Below, piece after piece: positions 51,700-61,367 of a stretch of 64,000 nt of DNA (position 1 is the first letter of the stretch; every line of letters starts with the position of its first letter). A program made the position numbers and the translations under genes. Below the pieces are notes generated by a model. The model was not told the DNA's origin. It saw only the letters and a program-made list of their open reading frames with translations, and made no database searches. The DNA lies in assembly GCA_040758355.1 (NCBI GenBank), contig JBFLWF010000007.1, positions 1 through 64,000 of the forward strand, in the 5' to 3' direction. The DNA is from Nitrospirota bacterium (GTDB lineage: Bacteria; Nitrospirota; Thermodesulfovibrionia; Thermodesulfovibrionales; Dissulfurispiraceae).

Positions 51700-52729
51700 C
51701 TTTGATTTTTACCTGCCAAAGGATTTAATTGCATTAAGACCTTCGGAGAAACGGGATAATTCGAAGCTCCTCGTCCTGCACAGGGATGGAAGCATCGAGC
51801 ACAGGAGGTTTTTTGATATTGCCGAATACCTGAAGGAAGGGGATATGCTTATGCTTAACAACACAAAGGTATTCCCTGCAAGGATTATTGCAACAAAACC
51901 TTCAGGCGGGAAGATTGATGTTCTGCTCATTAAAGATACAAATGAGGATAGTACATGGGAGATAATGTGCAGGGGCAGGTTTAATGGCATGGTAACAATT
52001 GGTGATGGGGTTAAGGCAGAGGTGTGGACAGAAGAAGTCAAGAGTCAAGAGTCAAAAAAGTTTTTAAGGTTTTTGAATATAGAGCCATCAAAGGTTAATG
52101 ATGTGTTCTGGCAATATGGCCGTATGCCTTTGCCTCCATACATAAACCGCATGCCTGACGATGCAGATAAACAGAGATACCAGACCGTTTATGCAGAACA
52201 TCAGGGGTCGATTGCTGCCCCAACTGCAGGCCTCCATTTTACCGAAGAGCTTCTCAATAAAATAAAAGATAAAGGTGTATCTGTTGAGGCATTGACACTT
52301 CATGTAGGTACTGGTACATTTAGACCTATAAAGACAGAGTACTTAGAAGATCACAGAATGGATTCAGAATATTTTGAGATAAAATCATCTCTGGCGAATA
52401 AAATACAGAAGACAAAAGAGTCCGGCTGCAGGCTTATAACAGTAGGGACAACAGCAACAAGGGCGTTGGAGGGTTTTATGAGCGGTCTGTTTCAGAGACT
52501 CAGCTCTGTAAATGGTTCTGTGCGTGGATACACGGATATCTTTATATACCCGGGGTATAAATTTAGGGCAGTGGACAGCCTTATAACCAATTTCCATCTC
52601 CCGCGTTCCACTCCGCTGATGCTTGTATCTGCGTTGAGCGATTTCAAGAAAATATTACATGCTTACAAGGAGGCAATTGCCATGGGTTATAGATTTTTTT
52701 CCTATGGTGATGCTATGCTCATTTTATGA
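51686..52729 (+). CDS. queA: SAM:tRNA ribosyltransferase-isomerase
   Basis: DFDFYLP, PLPPYI, AAPTAGLHF, TNFHLP, FFSYGDAM. Confidence 0.97.
   Translation: MRTADFDFYLPKDLIALRPSEKRDNSKLLVLHRDGSIEHRRFFDIAEYLKEGDMLMLNNTKVFPARIIATKPSGGKIDVLLIKDTNEDSTWEIMCRGRFNGMVTIGDGVKAEVWTEEVKSQESKKFLRFLNIEPSKVNDVFWQYGRMPLPPYINRMPDDADKQRYQTVYAEHQGSIAAPTAGLHFTEELLNKIKDKGVSVEALTLHVGTGTFRPIKTEYLEDHRMDSEYFEIKSSLANKIQKTKESGCRLITVGTTATRALEGFMSGLFQRLSSVNGSVRGYTDIFIYPGYKFRAVDSLITNFHLPRSTPLMLVSALSDFKKILHAYKEAIAMGYRFFSYGDAMLIL
52035..52056. repeat. (GAGTCAA)x3 in queA
   Basis: Encodes EVKSQESK. Confidence 0.6.
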
Positions 52730-53511
52730 GGGTTAGAGGACCGGAAAGATCGTCCATTTTGCTCCTCGGCAGAAGCACCGTGATTATCGGCGCCATTGTC
52801 ATAACTGTCCTGAGTTTTGGCCTTGGATACTTCTGGGGATACAAGGGGAGTGACGTTTCCCAGACAGAGGACGAGGTTAAAAAAGATACGGAACAGAAGG
52901 TGATTATTCCTCCTGAGGACAAAAGGGTGCTGGAGACTACTTCAACCACTCCAAAGGAGGCTCCTATAGCACCTTCTATAAAGCCTCCTGAGTTCCCTCA
53001 GGAGACCACGCCTCAAAAATCAGCAGAGCCTGAAAAGGAGTTGCCCAAGGAGCAGAAAACTGCTGAGAGCAAAGCAGGTAAAAGCCATGGGGTAGAGATC
53101 GCAGAGGGCAGGGGTGAGCAGGCAGAGAAGGCAGAGAAGGATTCCTCAGAGGTGAAAGGGCCTGAAGTAAAGGCCGAAACAAAGGCCAAAACAAAGGAGA
53201 ATACGCCTGCTGCCAATAAAGAAAAAAATACAGCAAAGAGTGCAGTAAAAAAGAATGCATTTCCAAAAACATCAAAGTCCGTAAAACTTTATGCTATACA
53301 GTTTGGGGCATTCCCTAATAAAGAAGGGGCTGAGCAGCTCCGGCAAAGCCTGATCTCAAAGGGTATTAAGGCATACATTGTCAGCAGGACCGAAAGCGAT
53401 CCCTACTTCAGGGTAAGGGTAGGAACTTATAAAACCAAGAGAGAGGCTGATCTGGCAGCAGTATCACTGCAGAAGAGAACAGGAATGCAGAATTTTGTAA
53501 CGGCTAAGTAG
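52726..53511 (+). CDS. SPOR-domain membrane protein (FtsN/DedD-like)
   Basis: TM helix, low-complexity linker, YAIQFGAF..FRVRVG SPOR domain. Confidence 0.85.
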   Translation: MRVRGPERSSILLLGRSTVIIGAIVITVLSFGLGYFWGYKGSDVSQTEDEVKKDTEQKVIIPPEDKRVLETTSTTPKEAPIAPSIKPPEFPQETTPQKSAEPEKELPKEQKTAESKAGKSHGVEIAEGRGEQAEKAEKDSSEVKGPEVKAETKAKTKENTPAANKEKNTAKSAVKKNAFPKTSKSVKLYAIQFGAFPNKEGAEQLRQSLISKGIKAYIVSRTESDPYFRVRVGTYKTKREADLAAVSLQKRTGMQNFVTAK

Positions 53512-53589
53512 TAAATGAGTATATGGGTGAATGGGTATATGAGTAAGAAATATTACTCATCAACTCATATGCTCATCTACGCATTAACT
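53510..53589. repeat. Intergenic inverted 8-mer tandem pair
   Basis: agtaaatgagtatatgggtgaatgggtatatgagta ... tactcatcaactcatatgctcatctacgcattaact. Confidence 0.85.
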
Positions 53590-53607
53590 TTTAAATAGGA
53601 GGCATTT

Positions 53608-54579
53608 ACGAGAACTATAGAGATCGAACTGGACGAAGAAAGGGAATATCCTTTTCTTCACGGCGGAATAGACAAGACCCTGAAGGTTATAGAAAATTCC
53701 CTCAGGGTTGCTATCAGTGTCAGGGGCAATAAACTCCTCATTCAAGGGGATGACGGAAACGTTGACAGGGCGGAGAAGGTAATCCAGGAAATACGGGAGG
53801 TAAATAAAAACGGATACATTCTAAAGCCCGAAGATATAAGCTATGCCATTAAATCCCTGTCAGAGGGCAAAGAGGTCTCTGTAAGGGATCTTTTTAAGGG
53901 CAATATCCCTGTTTCTTCAAAGAAGAGATTTATAATCCCGAAGACAGAAACACAGAGGCAATATATAGACTCGATAAACGAGTACGATATAATCTTCGGC
54001 ATCGGACCTGCCGGCACCGGCAAGACGTACCTTGCAATGGCAATGGCCATCAATGCCTTTCTCACAAAACAGGTATCGAGGATCGTCCTTGTAAGACCCG
54101 CTGTCGAGGCAGGCGAGAAATTAGGTTTCCTGCCGGGCGATATAGCGGAAAAGGTCAGCCCTTATCTCAGGCCGCTGTATGATGCCCTCTTTGACATGAT
54201 GGAGATAGACAAGGCATCAAAGCTGATAGAACGGGGCATTATCGAGATAGCACCCCTTGCATTTATGAGGGGAAGGACATTAAACGATTCCTTTGTGATC
54301 CTTGACGAGGCACAGAACACAACGTCGGAACAGATGAAGATGTACCTGACAAGGCTCGGCTTCGGCTCAAAGACGGTAATCACAGGCGATATAACACAGA
54401 TAGACCTTCCAGCCGGCAGGATGTCAGGGCTTGTCGAGGCATTAAAGATACTCAAAGACGTGGAAGATATAAAGATAGTATACTTTTCCGAAAGAGATGT
54501 TGTCAGACACAGGCTCGTCCAGGAGATTGTAAGGGCATACGAAAGGTATGAAAAACGGGACCCAGAAGAGCAGCAGTAA
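53608..54579 (+). CDS. phoH: PhoH-family ATPase (non-canonical start; the ORF track shows only the C-terminal half)
   Basis: Frame open from 53599; PKT..Q, GPAGTGKTYLA, RPAVEAGE, RGRTL, DEAQN, VVRH. Confidence 0.88.
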   Translation, partial: TRTIEIELDEEREYPFLHGGIDKTLKVIENSLRVAISVRGNKLLIQGDDGNVDRAEKVIQEIREVNKNGYILKPEDISYAIKSLSEGKEVSVRDLFKGNIPVSSKKRFIIPKTETQRQYIDSINEYDIIFGIGPAGTGKTYLAMAMAINAFLTKQVSRIVLVRPAVEAGEKLGFLPGDIAEKVSPYLRPLYDALFDMMEIDKASKLIERGIIEIAPLAFMRGRTLNDSFVILDEAQNTTSEQMKMYLTRLGFGSKTVITGDITQIDLPAGRMSGLVEALKILKDVEDIKIVYFSERDVVRHRLVQEIVRAYERYEKRDPEEQQ

Positions 54580-56218
54580 GGGCCTCCAGAAAGCCTTTGA
54601 AGCAAAGGATATCTGGAGCAGGCTCAAGGAATACATGGGAAGGCATAGGGACGATATATACAAGATTATTGTCCTGATAGCCCTCGGTCTTATCGCTGCC
54701 CTGATAATTCAGGAAAAGATAGGTATCGATCGCTTTGCCGGCAGCTTCCTTATAGCAGCAGTAATCCTGTTCATCTTCTATAAAGACATAAGGCGTTATA
54801 AGCCAGGTTACCTGAGGGATTACAAGATGCTGCTCCTTTTAGGCCTCCTTGTGACAGGCACGCTCCTGCTTGGAAGGGTATATGAATACTTGCTGTCAGG
54901 ACTTCACAGGGGGCTTGCCTTTCCCGATGGCAACGCCTTTATCTACGGCATACCTATCCCCATAGGAGCCATGCTCGTAAAACTTATATTTGACTTTCAC
55001 ACATCCATAATATTTTCATTTGCCATAAGCCTTTTGGCAGGAATATGGCTCAACGATCCTCTCTATACGGTTTATGTTTTTATCGGAAGTTTAACCGCCG
55101 CATTCGGGGTGGCGAGGTGCAAAAGGCGCTCGGCCCTTATAAAAGGCGGCATGTATGTAAGTGTTGTAAATGTTGTTACTGCCGGCATCATCCTGCTCCT
55201 CAACGGGAACCTTATCTCCCAGATGTCGCCTTCTGCTTTCCTGTTTGCTGCCCTGTCCGGAATTATGGTCTCTGCAACGGTCTCCATAATATTGCCTGTT
55301 ATCGAATATATTTTCGGAATAACAACCGATATAAGCCTTGTGGAGCTGCTCGACCTCGATCAGCCGTTAATGCGCAATCTTATGATAACTGCTCCAGGAA
55401 CATATCACCACAGCGTTATTGTCGGAAACCTTGCCGAGGCAGCGGCAGAGGCCGTGGATGCCAATCCCCTCCTTGCGAGGGTAACGGCCTATTATCACGA
55501 CATCGGCAAGATAAAGATGCCCGAGTATTTTGTGGAAAACCAGACGAGTACAGCAAGCAAGCATGAGAAGTTAACGCCCCATATGAGCAGCATGATACTT
55601 ACTTCCCATGTTAAAGAGGGCGTTGAACTGGCTAAACAGTATAAATTGCCGAGGTTGATTACAGACATCATACAGCAGCATCACGGCACAAGTCTCATAA
55701 CATATTTTTATCAGAAGGCTATAGAGCAGGCCGCAGACGTATCCCATGAGAATTATCGTTATCCCGGACCCAAACCGCAGACAAGGGTAGCAGCCCTTGT
55801 CATGATGGCCGATGCAGTCGAGGCAGCTTCCCGTGCGCTTACAGACCCCACACCTGCAAGGATTTCAGCCCTTGTGGACAGGATAATAAACAATATCTTC
55901 CTTGACGGGCAGATAGATGAGTGCGAGCTTACCTTGAAGGATATCTCGGAAATCAAGAAGCGATTTACCTATATCCTGACCAGCATCTTCCACAGGAGGA
56001 TAGAATATCCCGAGCTTGATATAAAGGGCCTGCGCAATCCCGAAAAAACAACCTTTGAAGCCGGCATCCACAAAAACCCTGCAGAAAGGGGTTCTTTTGT
56101 GATGTCATTATTACAGAACAATGGAAATAACAATAAGGAACAACCAAAGACTGATAAGGATAAACCAGCGCCGTATAGAGAGCATCCTGAAAAAAGTCCT
56201 GAAACATCTAACCCTTAA
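54548..56218 (+). CDS. 7TM HD-domain phosphohydrolase (PgpH-like)
   Basis: Multiple TMs; APGTYHHS, YYHDIGK, QHHGT, MADAVEA. Confidence 0.85.
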   Translation: MKNGTQKSSSKGLQKAFEAKDIWSRLKEYMGRHRDDIYKIIVLIALGLIAALIIQEKIGIDRFAGSFLIAAVILFIFYKDIRRYKPGYLRDYKMLLLLGLLVTGTLLLGRVYEYLLSGLHRGLAFPDGNAFIYGIPIPIGAMLVKLIFDFHTSIIFSFAISLLAGIWLNDPLYTVYVFIGSLTAAFGVARCKRRSALIKGGMYVSVVNVVTAGIILLLNGNLISQMSPSAFLFAALSGIMVSATVSIILPVIEYIFGITTDISLVELLDLDQPLMRNLMITAPGTYHHSVIVGNLAEAAAEAVDANPLLARVTAYYHDIGKIKMPEYFVENQTSTASKHEKLTPHMSSMILTSHVKEGVELAKQYKLPRLITDIIQQHHGTSLITYFYQKAIEQAADVSHENYRYPGPKPQTRVAALVMMADAVEAASRALTDPTPARISALVDRIINNIFLDGQIDECELTLKDISEIKKRFTYILTSIFHRRIEYPELDIKGLRNPEKTTFEAGIHKNPAERGSFVMSLLQNNGNNNKEQPKTDKDKPAPYREHPEKSPETSNP

Positions 56219-56618
56219 TCACCGCAGATACAGCTTTATCGAGTCTGCCGAGATAAGCGTGCTCTTTGTAAATGACAGGAAGATGAGGGAACTGAATCTG
56301 CAGTATCGCGGGAAAGATAAAACTACCGATGTCCTGTCGTTCCCACAAATTGAACAGTTCAAACAGTTTAAACGGTTTGAACTGTTAACTTCTCTCGGCG
56401 ATATTGTTATTAACCTTTCCCAGGCAAAAAGGCAGGCGAAGGAACACGGGCTGACCTTTTATAATGAGATCGCATGGCTTCTAATTCATGGAACCCTCCA
56501 CCTGCTCGGATATGACCATGAGAAGAATAAATACCAGGCAAGGAAGATGAGGGAGATGGAAAAAGAATTACTTACACTCCCTCTTAACACCATCAAGGAG
56601 GCTTCCTATCTGGTCTGA
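56121..56618 (+). CDS. ybeY: rRNA maturation endoribonuclease YbeY
   Basis: [34 protein letters not shown]. Confidence 0.93.
   Translation: MEITIRNNQRLIRINQRRIESILKKVLKHLTLNHRRYSFIESAEISVLFVNDRKMRELNLQYRGKDKTTDVLSFPQIEQFKQFKRFELLTSLGDIVINLSQAKRQAKEHGLTFYNEIAWLLIHGTLHLLGYDHEKNKYQARKMREMEKELLTLPLNTIKEASYLV
56350..56386. repeat. 9-mer tandem (TTnAACnGT) in ybeY
   Basis: Encodes [13 protein letters not shown] between DVLSFP and LGDIVI. Confidence 0.75.
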
Positions 56619-58466
56619 TATGTTCTCCATTTCTTTGTACAGTCTTTCTGCCTTTGCTTTATCCCCTGCATTACATGCAGAGACCGCCTCCTTTGCCATT
56701 GCGTGTATCTTTGCATGGGGATCGTCTAATGCCTTAAAATTCGGTAGATTGCCGCACATCTGCATTCCCTCTCCGAAATACCATTTGCCGAACCTGCAGT
56801 TATGATGGTCTGGCAGTTGTGACGGATCAATGGAGGCATCTCCCTTTAAGCAAGCGCCGATTTTGCCCATGAATACTCTGTGATCTGTCTTTGCTAAATC
56901 CAGTATCATCAACTCGCTTCCCTTTGTCTTAAATCCTGCAGTTGAATTTCTCAATTCCTCAGATATCTTTGTCAGTGTGTTTACCTGATGCATCACGTCA
57001 TCGGCCATCTTCTCCATGTTCTTTGATATTGCCGATGTCTTTTCTATATTCTTTGCCACTTCCTCAGATGCAGCAGACTGCTCGTCAACTGCTGTTGCTA
57101 TCTGTGTTATCTGGTCTCTGACCTTCTGGACCGCCATGACTATATGATTTAATGAATCTCCCACCTGTCTTATGTAGTCCGTTGCCTTTGTGACCTCTCC
57201 TGATGCTTCTTCCATCGACTTCATCGTTTGTTCGGACTCTGTCTGTACTGTGCTTATCTTGTCCGTTATCTCTGTGGTTGCCTTAACTGTTCTTTCTGCA
57301 AGTTTTCTTACCTCATCCGCAACTACTGCAAAGCCTCTCCCCTGCTCTCCTGCCCTCGCTGCCTCGATTGCTGCATTTAGCGCTAAGAGATTTGTCTGGT
57401 CTGCTATGTCTTTGATTACTGTTACTATGTCTCCTATCTCCGATGCACGATTATTCAATTTCTCCACCATTGTGGCAAGTTCTACAGTCGATGCGTAAAC
57501 CCTGTTTACTGTCTCTACTGCGCCGTCTGCTACATCTTTGCCTTTTCCTGCTGTTTCCATTGCCTCGGATGATGACTCTGATGCAACCGATGCATTTTTT
57601 GCTATGTCCGTAATTGTCTGGCTCATCTCCTCTGCTGCTGCGGCTATCTGCGATGCCTGACCGGATTGGTTTCTCGCTCCCTCCGATGTCTTATCCGCTC
57701 TCGCCCTTAACACATCCACTGTGGATACCACATTATTAGCAGATGTTAGTATGCTGTTTACCATATTGCCGAAGGATATAACCATTGTCTCCATTGCGCA
57801 TGAAAGGGCATTTATCTCATCCCCTTTTGTTCCGCACGTGACATCTACCTTGAGATTGCCCTTTGAAATCTCTTTTACATCATCTGTGAGCTTCTGAAGG
57901 GGCGATGCTATCTTTTTCATGCTCATTATCCATATGCCTGCCAGTATAATGAGGTTTAACGCAAAGATGATCGTCTGTATTGTCTTGAGTGTTTTTACCT
58001 TGCCTTCAGATACTGCTGCAAAGATAGTGGTTGCCTCATCTGCAAGCTTTAAGAAGTTTTCGCTTTCTTCAACGAGGGCTTTTAATGCCGATGGGTCGTT
58101 TTTTGCCTTCTCGATTGCCTCTTTGTATTTCTGCCAAGAGGCCTCAAGCTCTCTCATCTTTGAAAGAGCCTTTTCATCCGTTGCCTTTGGCAGCTTCCAT
58201 TCTGCATCGCCGTTTATCAGGCCTTTTACTATCCTGTCGAGAGTGACTGTGAGTTCTGCTATCTTGCTTTCCGTATCAATCCCGTGCTGCTTTGCAAATA
58301 CGTATTTTGCGAGTCTCTGTGATATTGCCCTTTGCCTTCCGGAATAATTGACCACATTGCCGTCATCGGCCATCCTGTTCAATTGCAGAAAAACCGATGC
58401 CGTACTGATTAGAGAAAAACTCAACAATACTGCAACTACGATTTTAAGACTCGTGCTGATCTTCAT
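56568..58466 (-). CDS. Methyl-accepting chemotaxis protein (PilJ/NarX-like sensor, HAMP, C-terminal CZB)
   Basis: [68 protein letters not shown]. Confidence 0.93.
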   Translation of the reverse strand: MKISTSLKIVVAVLLSFSLISTASVFLQLNRMADDGNVVNYSGRQRAISQRLAKYVFAKQHGIDTESKIAELTVTLDRIVKGLINGDAEWKLPKATDEKALSKMRELEASWQKYKEAIEKAKNDPSALKALVEESENFLKLADEATTIFAAVSEGKVKTLKTIQTIIFALNLIILAGIWIMSMKKIASPLQKLTDDVKEISKGNLKVDVTCGTKGDEINALSCAMETMVISFGNMVNSILTSANNVVSTVDVLRARADKTSEGARNQSGQASQIAAAAEEMSQTITDIAKNASVASESSSEAMETAGKGKDVADGAVETVNRVYASTVELATMVEKLNNRASEIGDIVTVIKDIADQTNLLALNAAIEAARAGEQGRGFAVVADEVRKLAERTVKATTEITDKISTVQTESEQTMKSMEEASGEVTKATDYIRQVGDSLNHIVMAVQKVRDQITQIATAVDEQSAASEEVAKNIEKTSAISKNMEKMADDVMHQVNTLTKISEELRNSTAGFKTKGSELMILDLAKTDHRVFMGKIGACLKGDASIDPSQLPDHHNCRFGKWYFGEGMQMCGNLPNFKALDDPHAKIHAMAKEAVSACNAGDKAKAERLYKEMENISDQIGSLLDGVKRECK

Positions 58467-58542
58467 ACGCTGTTACCCCCTTGTTTTCAAACCTTACCCT
58501 TCTTGTCCGAAGGGTGGTAAAAATTATCTTGTTTTTGTATAA

Positions 58543-58818
58543 TTGATTATGGAAGTCATTATAGACACTTTAAAAATATACGAACGCCTCAAAGCAGCGG
58601 ATCTGCCTGAAAAGGCATCTAAAGAGATTGCAGAGGTCTTTAGAGAAACCATTGAAGAGCGTCTTGCCACAAAACAGGACTTAAAAGAACTTGAAAGACA
58701 TTTAGACCTACGTTTAAAAGAATTAGAATCATCAGTAAAAGCCGACCTCATCAAATGGGTAGCGGGAATGCTCGTGGCGCAGGCAGTAGTCATTGCAGCC
58801 CTTGTGAAACTGCTCTGA
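58543..58818 (+). CDS. Small DUF1640-like coiled-coil protein with C-terminal TM
   Basis: IDTLKIYERLK..LATKQDL..LIKWVAGML. Confidence 0.7.
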   Translation: MIMEVIIDTLKIYERLKAADLPEKASKEIAEVFRETIEERLATKQDLKELERHLDLRLKELESSVKADLIKWVAGMLVAQAVVIAALVKLL

Positions 58819-58836
58819 AATATCATAAACGCTCTC

Positions 58837-59379
58837 CTACTGCATTACAAAATCAGTAAAATAAATATTTTTGACATTGCCTTCTCCCAGTATCCGATTC
58901 AATCCGGCAAGCAATTCATCTTTAAGCTGCTGCTTCCCTTCAAACGAAGATATGTCATCAGGGGACTTGCTTGTAACAAGCATAATGATTGCATCCCTGA
59001 TGGCTCCTGTTTTTGTTTTTGCCTTTTCTGTTGCAGCCGGTGATGAAAGCTCAAGGTTTATGGACAGTTTTAAAAATCTGCTGCCCACATTCAGGATGAA
59101 TGGTTCTAACTGAAACATTGGCGTTTCTGCATCCTTTTTTGAAGATTTGCTGGCGTAACTATCGGTTGTGAAAGCAGGGCACAGAAGACAGAAAACAGAT
59201 AACAGACAAATCGAATATAAGAGATTTGTTTTAACTAATTGATTTGTAAGTTTTTTTTTTGGGGGGGGGGGGTAAATTAGGACATCTCCTATGAGTGACT
59301 TTGTTATTACTGCAGATAAGCATTTTTCTGTTTTGTTCAGCATTTTGTCCATATCAAAAATTAAAATAATATAGCACAC
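58837..59379 (-). CDS. fliL: Flagellar FliL-like protein (start uncertain)
   Basis: LEPFILN, IRDAII.L, EGKQQLKDEL, IYFTDFVMQ. Confidence 0.8.
   Translation of the reverse strand: MCYIILIFDMDKMLNKTEKCLSAVITKSLIGDVLIYPPPPKKKLTNQLVKTNLLYSICLLSVFCLLCPAFTTDSYASKSSKKDAETPMFQLEPFILNVGSRFLKLSINLELSSPAATEKAKTKTGAIRDAIIMLVTSKSPDDISSFEGKQQLKDELLAGLNRILGEGNVKNIYFTDFVMQ
59181..59207. repeat. (ACAGAnn) 7-mer tandem in the fliL TM
   Basis: Encodes CLLSVFCLL on the minus strand. Confidence 0.7.
59251..59272. repeat. T10-G12 homopolymer run
   Basis: tttttttttt gggggggggggg in the 5' part of the fliL ORF. Confidence 0.85.
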
Positions 59380-59518
59380 CAGAGGGTAAATTTTTTGTTA
59401 ATCTCATTTGTTCATTGCGGAATTAATATACAATCCTGCGTTGTATATGTCAAGATTGTTAGGTTTCAGAATTTGTTCGCTATCAAGATAATTGCTAACA
59501 TGCATGATATAATTATTC

Positions 59519-60454
59519 ATGACCATACACCCTATGCTCGCAAAATCATCCCGCCCCTTTGATTCTGAGAACCACACCTTTGAATTGAAATGGGATGGCA
59601 CACGCTGTATTGCATTTGTGGATAGGAACAATATAAGGCTCCAGAACAGGAGACTCCTTGATATAACCTACAGGTATCCCGAATTTCAACAATTAAAAAA
59701 ATATCTCAAAGTAAAATCCGCTGTCTTTGATGGAGAGATTGTTGTTTTGAGGGAAGGAATACCGAATTTCGAAAAACTCCAGCAGAGGGAACACATAGAG
59801 AATATGGAGAGGATCGAGATATTGTCGGGGCTTATTCCTGCCACATATGTGGTTTTCGATCTCCTGTATCTGAATGGAAAGTCAATAATGCATAAACCAC
59901 TTGCAGAAAGAAGGGATTTGTTAAGAGGCTTGTTCCCAATGTCAGATAATGTCATATTGTCTGAATCCTACAGCGAAGGGAAAAAGCTATTTAAGATGGC
60001 TTTAAAGAAGGGATTCGAAGGCATAATGGCAAAGGAAAAGACAAGTCCCTATCTGCAGGATGAAAGGTCTGGATACTGGTTGAAGATTAAGAAATTTTCT
60101 GATGTCGATGCTGTTGTGTGCGGTTACCTTGAAGGCGAGGGCAGCAGGAAGGATTATTTTGGATCTCTAATCCTTGGCGTGTATGATAAAGGCAAGCTAA
60201 GACATATCGGCCAGGTAGGAACAGGCTTTGATGAGAAGATGATAAAACGCTTATTCAATATATTGAGCAGTATGAAGACAGACATCTCTCCTTTTGATAC
60301 GGTTCCTGAATTAAAGAGGAGGGCATTCTGGTGCAGGCCGGAAATTGTCGTAAGGGTTGGTTATCATGAATGGACAAAGGACAATAAATTGGGGGTTCCT
60401 GTATTTAAAGGTATAAGGGATGACAAGGGGCCGGAGGAATGCAGGTTGGAGTAA
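59519..60454 (+). CDS. ligD: ATP-dependent DNA ligase, LigD ligase domain only
   Basis: PMLA, ELKWDG, FDGE, VFDLL, EGIMAK, WLKIK, VGTGF, R.DK. Confidence 0.88.
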   Translation: MTIHPMLAKSSRPFDSENHTFELKWDGTRCIAFVDRNNIRLQNRRLLDITYRYPEFQQLKKYLKVKSAVFDGEIVVLREGIPNFEKLQQREHIENMERIEILSGLIPATYVVFDLLYLNGKSIMHKPLAERRDLLRGLFPMSDNVILSESYSEGKKLFKMALKKGFEGIMAKEKTSPYLQDERSGYWLKIKKFSDVDAVVCGYLEGEGSRKDYFGSLILGVYDKGKLRHIGQVGTGFDEKMIKRLFNILSSMKTDISPFDTVPELKRRAFWCRPEIVVRVGYHEWTKDNKLGVPVFKGIRDDKGPEECRLE

Positions 60455-60506
60455 TGGAGCATTGGAGTATTGGAAAAGACATTACTCCATCACTCCAATA
60501 CTCCAT
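60447..60506. repeat. Inverted (GGAGTAAT)/(ATTACTCC) pair between convergent ligD and ku
   Basis: tggagtaatggagcattggagtattgga ... attactccatcactccaatactccat; contains the ligD stop. Confidence 0.85.
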
Positions 60507-60507
60507 G

Positions 60508-61281
60508 TTACGCTGTCTTTTTCTTCTTTTCGAGACTCTTTTTCAGGGCATCCATCAGGCTTACAACCTTTTCCACTTCTTTTTTGGGTGCAACCTTAAT
60601 CTCCCTGCCAGCTATCTTTGCCTTGATTAATTCCATTAACGAGTCTCTGAATTCATCGTGATAGGCATCGATGTTAAATCTTCCTAAGAAGTGCCTTACG
60701 AGCTCTGTTGCAAGGGCAAATTCTTTGTTGTCGAGTGTAATTTTTTTAGGGATATTCAGGGCCTCTGTTTTTGCAATTTCATCTGCATAAAACATGGTAT
60801 GTAACATCAATACATCGTGGAATACCCTCAGAACAGCTATATGTTCTTTATCCTTGAATGTAATCTTTGATAGGGCGACTTTTCCTGCCTCCTTCATTGT
60901 CTCCCTTAAAAGTGCGTATGCCCTTTCTCCTCCCTCGACAGGTTCGAGGTAATATGATTTGTCGTAATAGATGGGATCAATTTCTTTTGCATCTACAAAT
61001 CGCAAGATGTCTATGCCCTTTGATGTTTTGACAGGGATATGGTCGATCTCCTCATCGGATATAACAACAAATTTGCCCTTTTCGTATTCATAACCGTGTG
61101 TGGTATCCTCCCATGCCACATCGGTCTTGCATGTAGTGCAGTATCTTTCATAGGTCATAGGAGTTGAGCATTTTTTATGGAGCAGGTGGAAGTTTATATC
61201 CCTTTTGTGTGTTGCACCGTAAAGCTTCACTGGGATATTCACAAGGGCAAAGCTTATATTGCCTTTCCATAAAGCCTTCAT
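60508..61281 (-). CDS. ku: Ku protein (NHEJ)
   Basis: WKGNISFALVNIPVKLY, GYEY, IDPIYYDKSYYL, AYALLRE, LMDALKKS. Confidence 0.95.
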   Translation of the reverse strand: MKALWKGNISFALVNIPVKLYGATHKRDINFHLLHKKCSTPMTYERYCTTCKTDVAWEDTTHGYEYEKGKFVVISDEEIDHIPVKTSKGIDILRFVDAKEIDPIYYDKSYYLEPVEGGERAYALLRETMKEAGKVALSKITFKDKEHIAVLRVFHDVLMLHTMFYADEIAKTEALNIPKKITLDNKEFALATELVRHFLGRFNIDAYHDEFRDSLMELIKAKIAGREIKVAPKKEVEKVVSLMDALKKSLEKKKKTA

Positions 61282-61367
61282 ATACTAATGATACCATAAT
61301 CCGTGATTTAGCAATAAGGATAAGTCTCTGACCCATCCTTATTGCTGGATTTAGTTTATAATAATAT

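Noticed and set aside
58494..58520. Hairpin with GGA near the loop upstream of the MCP (minus strand) as a CsrA site or riboswitch
   Set aside because: A single short stem with a poor consensus match.
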